The notes under the pieces are model-generated. The model did no database searches and was not told where the DNA came from. It saw only the letters and a program-made list of their open reading frames with translations. The translations under genes were made by a program, and so were the position numbers. A stretch of 64,000 bases of DNA. Source: a virus. Lineage: Duplodnaviria; Caudoviricetes. Where the stretch lies: positions 128,001 through 192,000 of the IMG/VR virus record IMGVR_UViG_3300049141_000098; one strand, 5' to 3'. Below, one piece after another: positions 51,428 through 60,294 of the stretch (positions are counted from its first letter, which is position 1; each line of letters opens with the position of its first letter).

Positions 51428-51707
51428 GACCTACCTCGCCCCAGTTGTCACGGAGCCAGATCAGCTCGGCGATCATCTTGTCCAGCTCGTCGCGATTGAG
51501 GTCCACGGTGTGCCCGTTGCAGCCGTCGGCGTACTCCGGCACGCCCTCTGCCTTCGTGACGAACGTGAGGGTGTCGACTCCGTGATAGCCCTGATACAGG
51601 TCGAGCGAGTACCTGTCCTCCGAGCCGTACGGCCGCAGGTATGTCCACTTCAGGCCCATCGGGCCGGTCGGCTCGTCCTTCTTGTCGCCCACGTTCTCTC
51701 CTTCCAT
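51420..51707 (-). CDS. Hypothetical protein
   Basis: ORF with RBS. Confidence 0.6.
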   Translation of the reverse strand: MEGENVGDKKDEPTGPMGLKWTYLRPYGSEDRYSLDLYQGYHGVDTLTFVTKAEGVPEYADGCNGHTVDLNRDELDKMIAELIWLRDNWGEVGRG

Positions 51708-52040
51708 TCAGATCTCCATGCGGTACCGGACGACTCCCGCCCGGCTCCCGGTGCGAACGGTGGCCCACACGCTGTCTTCGTCAGCATTTGTCTCGACGAA
51801 GCAAGGGACCGGAAATTCCATGTCTGGAGTCTTGATCAGCAGGTGATCCCAGGCGTCGTCCTCGTCCATGTCGCCGTGCCAGATCTGACCCAGCAGATCA
51901 CTCACCCGCTCCGGGTGCATAAGTCCGGTCGAGCCGTCGCGTGCGACGGCAATGAAGATGGTTGGCACCCTTTTAGCATCGGCCCAGACTGCCGCATGCA
52001 GCTCCGTCTTGCCGTTGATGAGGAGTGGAATTCCTGCCAT
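51708..52040 (-). CDS. Hypothetical protein, tandem paralog of 52064-52381
   Basis: Shared IWxGD...W..LLI.T..M..PVPC.VE. Confidence 0.7.
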   Translation of the reverse strand: MAGIPLLINGKTELHAAVWADAKRVPTIFIAVARDGSTGLMHPERVSDLLGQIWHGDMDEDDAWDHLLIKTPDMEFPVPCFVETNADEDSVWATVRTGSRAGVVRYRMEI

Positions 52041-52063
52041 GGCTCTTCTCCTTCTTCGTGTTC

Positions 52064-52381
52064 TCAGATCTTCATCGCGTACAGGGCGACACCGTCTGCG
52101 CCACGGAATACCGCCGTGTGATCCGTGGCGTTCGGATCACGCTCGACGGTGCACGGCACCGGGAGCGGCATGCGATCGGTCATGATCAGAAGGGCAGTCC
52201 ATGTGTCCGCAGGCAGATCGCCCCGCCAGATGGCGGCGATCATCTTGGCCACATGGTCCCGGTCGAACATCCCGAGATCGCCTTCCTGGACCATCAGGAA
52301 CACTGCGTCGGCGCGCTCTGGATCCCACCACGCCTCGACTGGGGAGCCGTCACTGGCGGTCTTGATGTGAATGCTGCTCAC
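52064..52381 (-). CDS. Hypothetical protein, tandem paralog of 51708-52040
   Basis: Same shared motif. Confidence 0.7.
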   Translation of the reverse strand: MSSIHIKTASDGSPVEAWWDPERADAVFLMVQEGDLGMFDRDHVAKMIAAIWRGDLPADTWTALLIMTDRMPLPVPCTVERDPNATDHTAVFRGADGVALYAMKI

Positions 52382-52402
52382 GCCTTTGTCTCTCCTCGCG
52401 TC

Positions 52403-52741
52403 TCAGTGTTCGCCGAGGTATCGCACGGCGTGCATCAGCTCTTCCGTGTGCTGGGTTACCGCGAAGGCGCGACGCTCATCCTCGGGAGTGAACCCGTCGG
52501 GCTCCTCGGTGGTCACCGCCGTCTGATACTCCGTCGCCAGGCTGGTCAGGTCGATGTACGTCTCCACCTGACCTGGCGACAGAGACGGCGTTCCCGGCTC
52601 CTTGAACTTGGCCTGCATCTCTTCTGCGGCCAGCCGCAGAGCGGGGATCTCCTCTCCGCTGGCGATGCGAGCCACCTCGATCAGCAGCTCCCGGATCGTG
52701 AAGCCGGAGAGCGCCCCCGGGTGGTCGATGCCGATGCTCAC
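52403..52741 (-). CDS. Hypothetical protein
   Basis: GTGA-coupled. Confidence 0.65.
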   Translation of the reverse strand: MSIGIDHPGALSGFTIRELLIEVARIASGEEIPALRLAAEEMQAKFKEPGTPSLSPGQVETYIDLTSLATEYQTAVTTEEPDGFTPEDERRAFAVTQHTEELMHAVRYLGEH

Positions 52742-53028
52742 TTCTTGTCCCCTTCCGACCAGACGGCCAGGTTCTCGTGACGATCGAACAACTCACTGGT
52801 TTCACCCCGGGTCAGGTTTTCCCACGCCTCGATGGCCCTCCAGGGCTTATCGAGGCCAGCCGCGAGCATGAGGTGCGCGCAGAACGTGAGGTCACCTACC
52901 ACATGGTTGTGCGTGATGACGAAGCAGGCATATCCCGCCCCCTGAGGCAGGTCCCTCAGCCATCCCAGGAACACACCCTTAACGACGGGGTCTCCCTCGA
53001 TCCGGCGAGGCATCTCCTTGACGTGCAT
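52738..53028 (-). CDS. Hypothetical protein
   Basis: RBS before ATG 53028. Confidence 0.6.
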   Translation of the reverse strand: MHVKEMPRRIEGDPVVKGVFLGWLRDLPQGAGYACFVITHNHVVGDLTFCAHLMLAAGLDKPWRAIEAWENLTRGETSELFDRHENLAVWSEGDKK

Positions 53029-53101
53029 ATCTCTCTTCTCTTTCCTCCCGAGCTGACAGGACTCCACGGCGTCCCCAAAATGGAGGCGCCGCAGGCTCCC
53101 G

Positions 53102-53533
53102 TCAGAACGGTGCTTGCTGCTTCTCGGGAGTGAAGGGGCTCCCCTCCATCGTCTTCACCTCGAAGTTGCTCCGCCGCAAATCCATGACGGCGTAACCCAC
53201 CAGCTCCTCGACCACGTCGGCGAGGTCATCCCGGTCGATTCGGCCGTCCGGCATCTCGCCCCACTCGACACCGTCTCGCTTCTGCCGGGCGCCGACGTGA
53301 TCGACGAGATCCTCCCCCAGGGGTGTGACGGTGACCGTCACGAACTGCCAGCTCCCGCGCGCGAGGCTGAGCTGTTCCGTTGCGGTGTAGGCGTCGTAGT
53401 CCTTGGTCAGCAGGTCATCGTCGGGGGTGAGTTCCACCTTGAAGTCCATGTTCTCGACTCCCCAGGTCCCGCCCCGAACCGTCCACCAGTCGATCATGTT
53501 CATGCTCTTCATCCTCTCCGTTTCCACTGACAA
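53102..53533 (-). CDS. Acidic hypothetical protein (start uncertain)
   Basis: ORF, high GC3. Confidence 0.65.
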   Translation of the reverse strand: MSVETERMKSMNMIDWWTVRGGTWGVENMDFKVELTPDDDLLTKDYDAYTATEQLSLARGSWQFVTVTVTPLGEDLVDHVGARQKRDGVEWGEMPDGRIDRDDLADVVEELVGYAVMDLRRSNFEVKTMEGSPFTPEKQQAPF

Positions 53534-53561
53534 CGGGCCTCACCCGTCCGTCATCAGTTGG

Positions 53562-53774
53562 TCAGACCACGATCTGGCCCGTCCCTCCGCCCAGTCCCCA
53601 TTTCACGATCTGGGCCTGGGTGTAGAACGTCTGAAGGCCATCGCGGGTCTTCCGCGCCTCCTGCAACTCGGCCTGTTCGGTCTCCAGTTGCTCGATGACC
53701 GTGTGCGCCCGCCACTCCGCCCCCTTGGAGGCGTCGTACGGCTCACTTGGAACGTAGACCTGCACCTCGTACAC
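53562..53774 (-). CDS. Hypothetical protein
   Basis: RBS AAAGAGGGGAG. Confidence 0.6.
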   Translation of the reverse strand: MYEVQVYVPSEPYDASKGAEWRAHTVIEQLETEQAELQEARKTRDGLQTFYTQAQIVKWGLGGGTGQIVV

Positions 53775-53863
53775 GCCCGTCTCCCCTCTTTGTTCTGACT
53801 CCTGACGGCCAACTCCCCGGCGGCCGGACCCGAAGGACCGGCCGCCAGAGGGATGAGTCAGAC

Positions 53864-54064
53864 TTAGATCTCGTCCACTGTGACCCGGAAGCGGCGCACG
53901 GCCTCTCGGTCGGTGGGGCTGTACGGATCGTCGGTCACGACCTCGATCACCACGCCCGGCTCGGCGGGGTCCGGGCCAACCAGCTCTGCCGATTCGATTC
54001 CTTCCGGGCCGTACTTCCCGAGCAGTGCTTTCTGGATTGCGTACCGAAGCTCGATCTTGTTCAC
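53864..54064 (-). CDS. Hypothetical protein
   Basis: RBS GAAGAAGGG. Confidence 0.6.
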   Translation of the reverse strand: MNKIELRYAIQKALLGKYGPEGIESAELVGPDPAEPGVVIEVVTDDPYSPTDREAVRRFRVTVDEI

Positions 54065-54107
54065 CCTGCCACCCTTCTTCTGTGCGGACCGAACGTTGCC
54101 GGTTGCG

Positions 54108-54578
54108 TCAGTCCTCTTCGAAGAGGTAAACGGTGTCGGCCGAACCCGTGGTCGCCGCCTCGATGAAGACCAGATGGTTCACCCACGGAGAACCGGACTC
54201 GGCGAAGTCGTCCCAGTTGAAAGAGTCCATGCCGCCGGACTCGTCCAGCACCTCCCAGAGCTTGCCCAGGTCGAACTCGTCGTGCTCGGCGTGGGCCTTG
54301 AGGACTGCACCCTTCTCGTGGCCTGACCCCTTGAAGGTGCGCTCAGCGAAGCCCTCGACCTCATGGACGTTCACGTGCTCGCTCAGGTGGTCCTCGACGA
54401 AGTCGGCCAGGGCGATGACCATGTCGGGGCCGTGCTTCTCGTTCAGCTCACCGAGGGCGTTGACCCAGTCCTGGAGGTCTTCGTCCCCTTCGGCGGGCTC
54501 CTCGGCGTCGATCTCGTAGCCGCTGTACAGCAGTCCGTTGATGACCTCGACGGCCAGCTTCTTCGTGAGCTTGTCCAC
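54108..54578 (-). CDS. Highly acidic protein, ArdA-like anti-restriction DNA-mimic candidate
   Basis: Very D/E-rich; FAERTFKG...DSFNWDDFAES...VFIEA...TVYLFE resembles the ArdA C-terminal pattern. Confidence 0.5.
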   Translation of the reverse strand: MDKLTKKLAVEVINGLLYSGYEIDAEEPAEGDEDLQDWVNALGELNEKHGPDMVIALADFVEDHLSEHVNVHEVEGFAERTFKGSGHEKGAVLKAHAEHDEFDLGKLWEVLDESGGMDSFNWDDFAESGSPWVNHLVFIEAATTGSADTVYLFEED

Positions 54579-54597
54579 GTGCCCTTCTCCTTTTTCC

Positions 54598-55044
54598 TCA
54601 GAACTTCGGGGCGTCGCTCCAGTTGGCGACGTGCCCGTTCTCGTCGTTGCACCACGGCCCCGGGTAGGCGAACTTCGGGTTCGTCGTGATCCAGTAAGGA
54701 TCGATCCTGTACAGATCCCAGCGAACCTGCCCCCACTGCTGACCCTGGTCGTTCTTGCGCTGAAGAGACGTCATCAATTCCCGGGCGACCGGCTCGAACC
54801 TGTTCCAGAAGGGGTGTCGGGAGTCGTCGACGGTCTCGTTCTCTCGGTCAAGATCTTTCAGCGTCCCAACCGACGCACCCAGCCGGATCAGGATCTCACC
54901 GACCAGGCAGCAGGGGCTCCCGTGCCGGGCGTACCGGCCGCGCAATCCACTGTTGGCCGCTTCGTCCCGACGGCCAGGGTCGGAGTCGACAACCTCGTTC
55001 ATGACCCGGACTACGTCATCCAGGGTGTAGCGGTAGCGAGGCAC
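54598..55044 (-). CDS. Hypothetical protein
   Basis: ORF. Confidence 0.65.
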   Translation of the reverse strand: MPRYRYTLDDVVRVMNEVVDSDPGRRDEAANSGLRGRYARHGSPCCLVGEILIRLGASVGTLKDLDRENETVDDSRHPFWNRFEPVARELMTSLQRKNDQGQQWGQVRWDLYRIDPYWITTNPKFAYPGPWCNDENGHVANWSDAPKF

Positions 55045-55046
55045 GG

Positions 55047-55337
55047 TCAGTACTCCCGATCCTGGTCAATGCGTACAAGGTCAGTGTCGTCCGGGTCGAT
55101 CCCCAGAGCCCGCATCCACCGCTTCACGGCCTTCAGTGCACTTCTGTCGGTGCCATAGAAGTCCGCCCGAGTCGTCTGGCCGTCCCGGTCCTTGTCGCCG
55201 TACGAGTCCTCGACGTACCAGCGGCTCTCCGTGTGCTTGCCGATCAGCGCCTGCGGAGACTCGGGGAATCCGTGATCACCCGTGATCAGGGCGAGTCCTC
55301 TGCCAGGCCCTGTCATGTCCAGCTTGACGACGATCAC
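55047..55337 (-). CDS. Hypothetical protein
   Basis: GTGA-coupled. Confidence 0.6.
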   Translation of the reverse strand: MIVVKLDMTGPGRGLALITGDHGFPESPQALIGKHTESRWYVEDSYGDKDRDGQTTRADFYGTDRSALKAVKRWMRALGIDPDDTDLVRIDQDREY

Positions 55338-55564
55338 GCCCGCTCCTTCCGCAGCCGGACCTCCCGGCCGTCGGGCAGGTTGAAGCTGCACGGAGCGTGT
55401 TCGTTGTGCATGCGGGGCAGATCCTCCCAGAGCTGACCTGTGGCTTCGTCGCTGAACTGGGCGCCTTGCAGCAGACCTGCCAGGAAGTACCGAAACTCCT
55501 CTTCCTTCGGCGTACGCAGTGACAGCGCTCCGTCGATCTCGATGATGTTGAAGACCTTCTGCAC
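55334..55564 (-). CDS. Small protein, dispersed member of the 49.9-51.1 kb paralog family
   Basis: IEIDG...FLAGLLQG...LPDGREVRL; follows operator copy 8. Confidence 0.65.
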   Translation of the reverse strand: MQKVFNIIEIDGALSLRTPKEEEFRYFLAGLLQGAQFSDEATGQLWEDLPRMHNEHAPCSFNLPDGREVRLRKERA

Positions 55565-55616
55565 CTCGTCCCCTCCTTCCCGAGTCCCGGACCCTCCCCG
55601 GGCCCCTGCATCCTAC

Positions 55617-55628
55617 TGACCTAGGCCA
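55617..55628. promoter_or_regulatory. Palindromic operator-like motif, copy 8
   Basis: TGACCTAGGCCA; -10-like TAGGAT 2 nt beyond the 10-bp core on -. Confidence 0.7.
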
Positions 55629-55664
55629 CTTTCGTCCATCGAACTGCCGTCGAGTGCAGGACAC

Positions 55665-55916
55665 TTACTCCATGTCGGCGATCTTCACGATGACGCGAGG
55701 AGAACCCCACTCCAGCTTCCGGTCATGCGGCGGCGGATAGTCGGCCTTCTCGTCATGTTCCAGCAGGACCATCCCGCCAGGACCGCCTAGCTCCCGGACC
55801 GTGCAGAGCATGCCGCCCTTCCAGCCGAGCGCCTTGCCGCCCGTTCTGCCCCCTTCCACCCTGAAGTACTCGACGCGGTCCTCGACATTCAGCGGTGCTC
55901 CGTTCCGGTCCTTCAC
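55665..55916 (-). CDS. Small SH3/KOW-like protein
   Basis: KDRNGAPLNVEDRVEY pattern. Confidence 0.6.
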   Translation of the reverse strand: MKDRNGAPLNVEDRVEYFRVEGGRTGGKALGWKGGMLCTVRELGGPGGMVLLEHDEKADYPPPHDRKLEWGSPRVIVKIADME

Positions 55917-56287
55917 TGCGTCTCCTCGCCCTTAGTACGGTTGAACCGGGGGTTACTCCCCAGGCTTTTGAACACGGCCTCCCATGGATTCGGAAGCTCC
56001 CGGTCCAGGGCCAAAACCTCGAACTCCCAGAGGTCGAAGAAGTCCGTCACCCACAGTTCGCTGCGACGCGAAGCGCGGGCGATCCGGCGGCTGACCTCCC
56101 CTTCAGGGTGACCGTCGGGGAACTCTTCGAGTACGGCGTCCAGTACGCGCACGTGAAGGTCCAGTAGCGCATGGACCGCCCCGATCTCCATCTCGAAGTG
56201 AGCAGCCAGACGCTGCTCGATGATCTCCTGCCGGGTCCCGGCGACCGTCTCGCCGGGACCGCAGGTACACGCCAGCTCAGCGGCCAC
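55913..56287 (-). CDS. Hypothetical protein
   Basis: ORF. Confidence 0.6.
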   Translation of the reverse strand: MAAELACTCGPGETVAGTRQEIIEQRLAAHFEMEIGAVHALLDLHVRVLDAVLEEFPDGHPEGEVSRRIARASRRSELWVTDFFDLWEFEVLALDRELPNPWEAVFKSLGSNPRFNRTKGEETQ

Positions 56288-56795
56288 GCTGGACCACCTT
56301 GCAGGTGCACGGCGAGCCGATCGGCTCCGGGCAGACCTGCCGGTCCGACTCGGCCAGACCCCAGGCTCCAGAGGCGGACGTCCAGCCGCTCTCGTAGACC
56401 GTGTCGGGGTCGTGAACCCGGTACCGGTTGTTCGGGTGGAAGCCCTTCACGGTGGCGTGTACGTAGATGTACGGCTCAGTCACGTCGCCCACCAGGGCGC
56501 AACGGATCAGCTCCGTGTTCATCTCGTCCAGCCATGCCAGCCGATCCCGGTCTTCCGCGAGATCGGCGTGCAGCATGTTGACGCGGTCGATGTCCACACC
56601 GTTGCTGGCCAGGGTCTCCCAAGCCATGCCGTTCCGGTTCTCAGGGGAAACCAGGTCGGAGATCCAGGCGCCGAGTTCCGTGTCGCCGTACCCGAACTCG
56701 TCTCCGTGGGCGATCTCCCGCAGGAACTCCGCCAGCGCGGGTTCGCTCCAGACCCAGTGGATCAGTTTGATCGTCGTCTGGTTCACGTATCTCAT
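56277..56795 (-). CDS. Hypothetical protein
   Basis: RBS GGAAAGG before ATG 56795. Confidence 0.65.
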   Translation of the reverse strand: MRYVNQTTIKLIHWVWSEPALAEFLREIAHGDEFGYGDTELGAWISDLVSPENRNGMAWETLASNGVDIDRVNMLHADLAEDRDRLAWLDEMNTELIRCALVGDVTEPYIYVHATVKGFHPNNRYRVHDPDTVYESGWTSASGAWGLAESDRQVCPEPIGSPCTCKVVQRGR

Positions 56796-56861
56796 CCTTT
56801 CCGGTCCCGTATGCACTGGAGAACAGGGTTCACCCTGTTCTCCCGAACGCACCGGCAGGGG

Positions 56862-57833
56862 TCAGCGACCCTCGCGCCGGGCCTTGTCGACCTCCTTGAC
56901 GGCCTTCTTCCGCAGCGGCTCGATCACCGCATCGATCTCCCCCTGCGTCGGCTCCGCGCCGATCGCCAGACCGCTCTCCTTCCAGGCCACCGCGCGGGCA
57001 AGGTGTTGGATGTTGCGCTCATGAGCGCCGTCCTCATCACCCCAGGCGTACTGATACCAGCACTCCTGCTTCAGCTCCGTACGAGCCGTGCGCAGCGTCT
57101 TGATGACGGACCCGGTCTGCTGGCCGTCACGGTTCACCTCCTCCCGCAGGGGAGTGCCGTCGGGCAGGGTGATGACTCCGGCCGCCGCCTTGGCCTTCTT
57201 CTCTTCCCGCTTGACGCGCTCCGCCTCTCGCTGCTCGGCCCGCTTCTCCTCTTCGGGTGTGAGCAGTGTCGACTCTCCCGCCTTCAGCCCCTTGGCTACG
57301 GGGGCCGAGGGATAGCACACCGTGCATGCCCGATCCTTGATCAGGTCGACGATCTCCGTCTCGCCCATCCCGGACAGTCGCCAGAATCGGTGCATCGAGG
57401 TTCGCTTACCGCCCCGGTGGCAGGTGGTGCACCGGTTGGTCTTGTGCGCGTGCCCGTCGGTGACCAGGAACGACCGGGTCCACCTGCCCCGACGCTGCCA
57501 CTCTGTCTCGAACTTGTCCTCGACCTTGGTCACTTCGTCGATCATCGCGAGGGCGTCTTCGTAATTCCGCAGGAGCACGGCCGCCGGTCCCTGGGGGCTT
57601 TCCTTGGCCTGAGCGGTCACCTTGTCGAGCGCCTCACGGAAGGGCAGGTACGCGCGGTTGCGGTAACGATCCCCGGTGGCCTGCGTCTCGATACGTTCCT
57701 CGGCGACGTACCTGCGGTGGTACGCCAGGTCCATCATCGAATCCACAGCACCCAGCAGCTCATCCACCTGGGGCGGGGTCATCCCCTGCAACTGCTCAGG
57801 CGTGGTCGCTTCGGCTTCCTTGTACGTCTTCAC
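56862..57833 (-). CDS. Conserved actinophage protein with H-x-H...CxxC...CTVCYP metal-binding motif
   Basis: RSFLVTDGHAHKTNRCTTC...RLSG...ACTVCYPSAPV; RBS GGAGAGGGG. Confidence 0.75.
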   Translation of the reverse strand: MKTYKEAEATTPEQLQGMTPPQVDELLGAVDSMMDLAYHRRYVAEERIETQATGDRYRNRAYLPFREALDKVTAQAKESPQGPAAVLLRNYEDALAMIDEVTKVEDKFETEWQRRGRWTRSFLVTDGHAHKTNRCTTCHRGGKRTSMHRFWRLSGMGETEIVDLIKDRACTVCYPSAPVAKGLKAGESTLLTPEEEKRAEQREAERVKREEKKAKAAAGVITLPDGTPLREEVNRDGQQTGSVIKTLRTARTELKQECWYQYAWGDEDGAHERNIQHLARAVAWKESGLAIGAEPTQGEIDAVIEPLRKKAVKEVDKARREGR

Positions 57834-57901
57834 GTTTCCCCTCTCCGATCCGATGTGCACTGGAGGGCGGGCCCAAGGCCCGCCCTCCCGAACGCACCGG
57901 C

Positions 57902-58333
57902 TCAGAACCGCTCGCCGTCCCAATCGATGTCCCGCTCGCCGTTGAAGCGGCGAATGCATTTCAGGGCGTCAGCTTCGGCTTCCCGGGTCTTCTCGTCGTC
58001 GCTCCCGACGTAGGGGGCGGCATCGAGCGTCTTGTACCGGTAGTCGCACCAATTCTCCGTGTCACCGGGGTAGTTGACGTCGTCGCAGATCATGAACTCG
58101 ATCTGCATTTCGATCGTGAGCTTGCTCATGTCAAACTCGCAACCGTGAAACGTCTCGACCGAGCCATTCCGAGTCAAGATCTCGACCTCCGGCGCCATCG
58201 GATAGGCGGTCACCGTCAGTAGCCGCCCCGGCTTGTCCGTGTGCCTGAACCGAATGTGCGCAGCCTTCCCGACCTGAAGCGGGGAGTAGTCACCGTTGTC
58301 TGTCCAGGGCGCCGCGTGCAGTACCCAGCCCAT
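57902..58333 (-). CDS. Hypothetical protein
   Basis: RBS GGAAAGAGGG. Confidence 0.7.
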   Translation of the reverse strand: MGWVLHAAPWTDNGDYSPLQVGKAAHIRFRHTDKPGRLLTVTAYPMAPEVEILTRNGSVETFHGCEFDMSKLTIEMQIEFMICDDVNYPGDTENWCDYRYKTLDAAPYVGSDDEKTREAEADALKCIRRFNGERDIDWDGERF

Positions 58334-58353
58334 CCCGTCCCTCTTTCCGTTCC

Positions 58354-58890
58354 TCAGTCGTTCGGCCGCGTGCGGCCGTCCCAGACCAGGTACTTGTTGA
58401 TGTTGGTCACCTGATCCTGAAGCCATCGTCTGGCGTGTTCGGTGGCCAGCCGGACCTCCTCCGGGAGCCCCTCCACCCTGTATCCGAGGTCGCTCCCGAC
58501 CCAGGCGTACGTGACCACCTCGTCGCTGGAGTCGTAGACGTCGCCGTCCATCCGGCCGTCCATCCGGTACGAGTACTGCGCCTCTACGTCCACCGTTCCC
58601 GGCTTCCAGGAGCAGGTCAGGTGCTCCTCCGGCATCGGGGCGAACCAAGCCGCAAGGCTATCGCCGTAGCGCTCGACAACCTCCGTCATGTGCGGGCACT
58701 CCGGATCCGGCTCCTGTACGTCCATGTACGTCTTCGCCGTGGCGTAGACGTTGATCTCGAACCGGGCCTCCGGGCAGTCGTCGCTGCGGAAGCGAGCCGA
58801 GATTGCAGGACCAATCTGGATGTCACCCCCGACGTCTCCAGCGTCCTCCATGACCGGTCCGTCGAGAACCCAGTCGGCAGCCTTCTGCAT
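58354..58890 (-). CDS. Acidic hypothetical protein
   Basis: RBS GGAAGGGAGAAG. Confidence 0.7.
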   Translation of the reverse strand: MQKAADWVLDGPVMEDAGDVGGDIQIGPAISARFRSDDCPEARFEINVYATAKTYMDVQEPDPECPHMTEVVERYGDSLAAWFAPMPEEHLTCSWKPGTVDVEAQYSYRMDGRMDGDVYDSSDEVVTYAWVGSDLGYRVEGLPEEVRLATEHARRWLQDQVTNINKYLVWDGRTRPND

Positions 58891-58910
58891 GATCTTCTCC
58901 CTTCCGTCCT

Positions 58911-59264
58911 TCAGTCTGCGTGCAGGGTGAGAACGTACGTGAAGTACGGACTTGCGCCCACGCCCTTCGGCCAGCCCTCTGCTGCCGGTGTGCGGGCGAC
59001 GTAGTTCTCCTTGAACTCCCGACCCAGCAGGGTCAGCTCCTCATCCACACCGCCATCCTTCGCCCGGTCGACCCACTCGAAGGGACCCTCTTCCCACACG
59101 ATGGCGAACGGGTAGGTGGGGGTCTCGACCACCTCGCCGTTCCGGTAGACGAACGGCTTCCAGTTCTCCACCAGCTTCGGCTCCGGCTCACCGGCGTCGA
59201 TGTAGACCTTGAACTGTTGCTTGATGCAGGCCAGGGCCTGCTCCGCCTGCTCCCTCGTGATCAC
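58911..59264 (-). CDS. Hypothetical protein
   Basis: GTGA-coupled. Confidence 0.7.
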   Translation of the reverse strand: MITREQAEQALACIKQQFKVYIDAGEPEPKLVENWKPFVYRNGEVVETPTYPFAIVWEEGPFEWVDRAKDGGVDEELTLLGREFKENYVARTPAAEGWPKGVGASPYFTYVLTLHAD

Positions 59265-59740
59265 AAGCTTCGCATCCTCTCCCCATTGAACCGCTTGCCG
59301 CGCCCCGCCTTACCATCCGGAATGACCTCGTACCAGCCGTCGAAGTACTCGCCGCCGGGGCGCATCATTCCGTCATCCATGAACTGACCCGGCTCGACGA
59401 TGCCCGTCCGGCGGTCGTAGTCCAGGACTTCCAGGTTCGGCACGATCGGCTTGCGATCCGAGGTGAAATCAGCCTTCAAGATCCGGTAACGCATGTCAGC
59501 CTCGGGGACGTGATGGATGGCGCCGACCCGGCAGCCAGCCATGAAGTAGGCGAGTCGGGTCGCCTCCATCGCCTGCATCCCGCGCTTCCACAGGTCGTGC
59601 TCGATGGCCTCAGTGGCGCCGATGACCTCACCGAATACGTTGCCGAAAGTCCGGAGGTCTCCGTCAAACTTCTTACCGAGACTCTTGATCGTCGTCGCAT
59701 CATCACCCTGCTGCGAGATCACGACGTACCGCTCGGGCAT
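59261..59740 (-). CDS. Hypothetical protein
   Basis: RBS GGAGGAGGGG before ATG 59740. Confidence 0.7.
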   Translation of the reverse strand: MPERYVVISQQGDDATTIKSLGKKFDGDLRTFGNVFGEVIGATEAIEHDLWKRGMQAMEATRLAYFMAGCRVGAIHHVPEADMRYRILKADFTSDRKPIVPNLEVLDYDRRTGIVEPGQFMDDGMMRPGGEYFDGWYEVIPDGKAGRGKRFNGERMRSL

Positions 59741-59914
59741 GTCACCCCTCCTCCCGAAGGGGCGGCCGGTCACTCCAGCCGCCCCAAGCGCCGTGTCAGA
59801 TGTTGTGCTTCCGGCGGATCTCGTCAGCCTGCTTGCCCAGATCCTCGCTCTTCGGGTCGGCCGCCAGCAGCAAGTCCCTCACCGTTCCATCTCCTTTCCG
59901 TATCGCCCCTCGCA

Positions 59915-59970
59915 GGCGACACTCCCGGGCGCCCGGCGCGAACCGGGCACCCTAGGGCGCCTCCCGTCAG
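59915..59970 (-). repeat. Structured intergenic repeat, copy A
   Basis: On -: TGACGGGAGGCGCCCTAGGG-[TGCCCGG ttcgcg CCGGGCG]-CCCGGGAGTGTCGCC. Confidence 0.85.
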
Positions 59971-60209
59971 AGGACAGTCACCCAGCGGTGGCACGTGATG
60001 AGCACGTGGTCGTAGTCGCCGGAGGTTGCCTCGGTCTGGAAGGCGTCACCCTCCTTCTCAGCCTTCGTGCGGTCCCAGCCCTCTACGTCGATGAGGTGCC
60101 GGATCAGGCCCTTCCGGACCTTCCGGAAGATCGCAACAGCGTTGCCGTCGACCCCCGTCAGTTCCACCTCACACTCGGGGTACTTCACACCCGTCTGGTT
60201 GTCGCTCAC
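59967..60209 (-). CDS. Small conserved phage protein
   Basis: VELTGVDGNA...EATSGDYDHVL...WV motif. Confidence 0.75.
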   Translation of the reverse strand: MSDNQTGVKYPECEVELTGVDGNAVAIFRKVRKGLIRHLIDVEGWDRTKAEKEGDAFQTEATSGDYDHVLITCHRWVTVL

Positions 60210-60238
60210 GTTTCTCCCCTCTCCGTATCGCCCCTGAT

Positions 60239-60294
60239 GGCGACACTCCCGGACCGTCGACCGGAGTCGACGACCCTAGGGCGCCTCCCGTCAG
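60239..60294 (-). repeat. Structured intergenic repeat, copy B
   Basis: On -: TGACGGGAGGCGCCCTAGGG-[TCGTCGAC tccg GTCGACGG]-TCCGGGAGTGTCGCC. Confidence 0.85.

Noticed and set aside
53050-53105. Fourth copy of the structured repeat
   Set aside because: Starts TGACGGGAG after a stop and forms a hairpin, but lacks the GCGCCCTAGGG and CCGGGAGTGTCGCC blocks; at best a distant relative.
56220-58013. 597-aa + strand ORF (also 38162-39475 +, 28099-29115 +, 14035-15285 -)
   Set aside because: Antisense shadows of real genes in high-GC DNA; the opposite strand has RBS-led, coupled ORFs with proper codon bias.
59951-59958. CCCTAGGG in repeats A-C as further copies of the operator
   Set aside because: Flanks differ from YGRCCTAGGYCR, and the context is a larger hairpin repeat; treated as a separate element.
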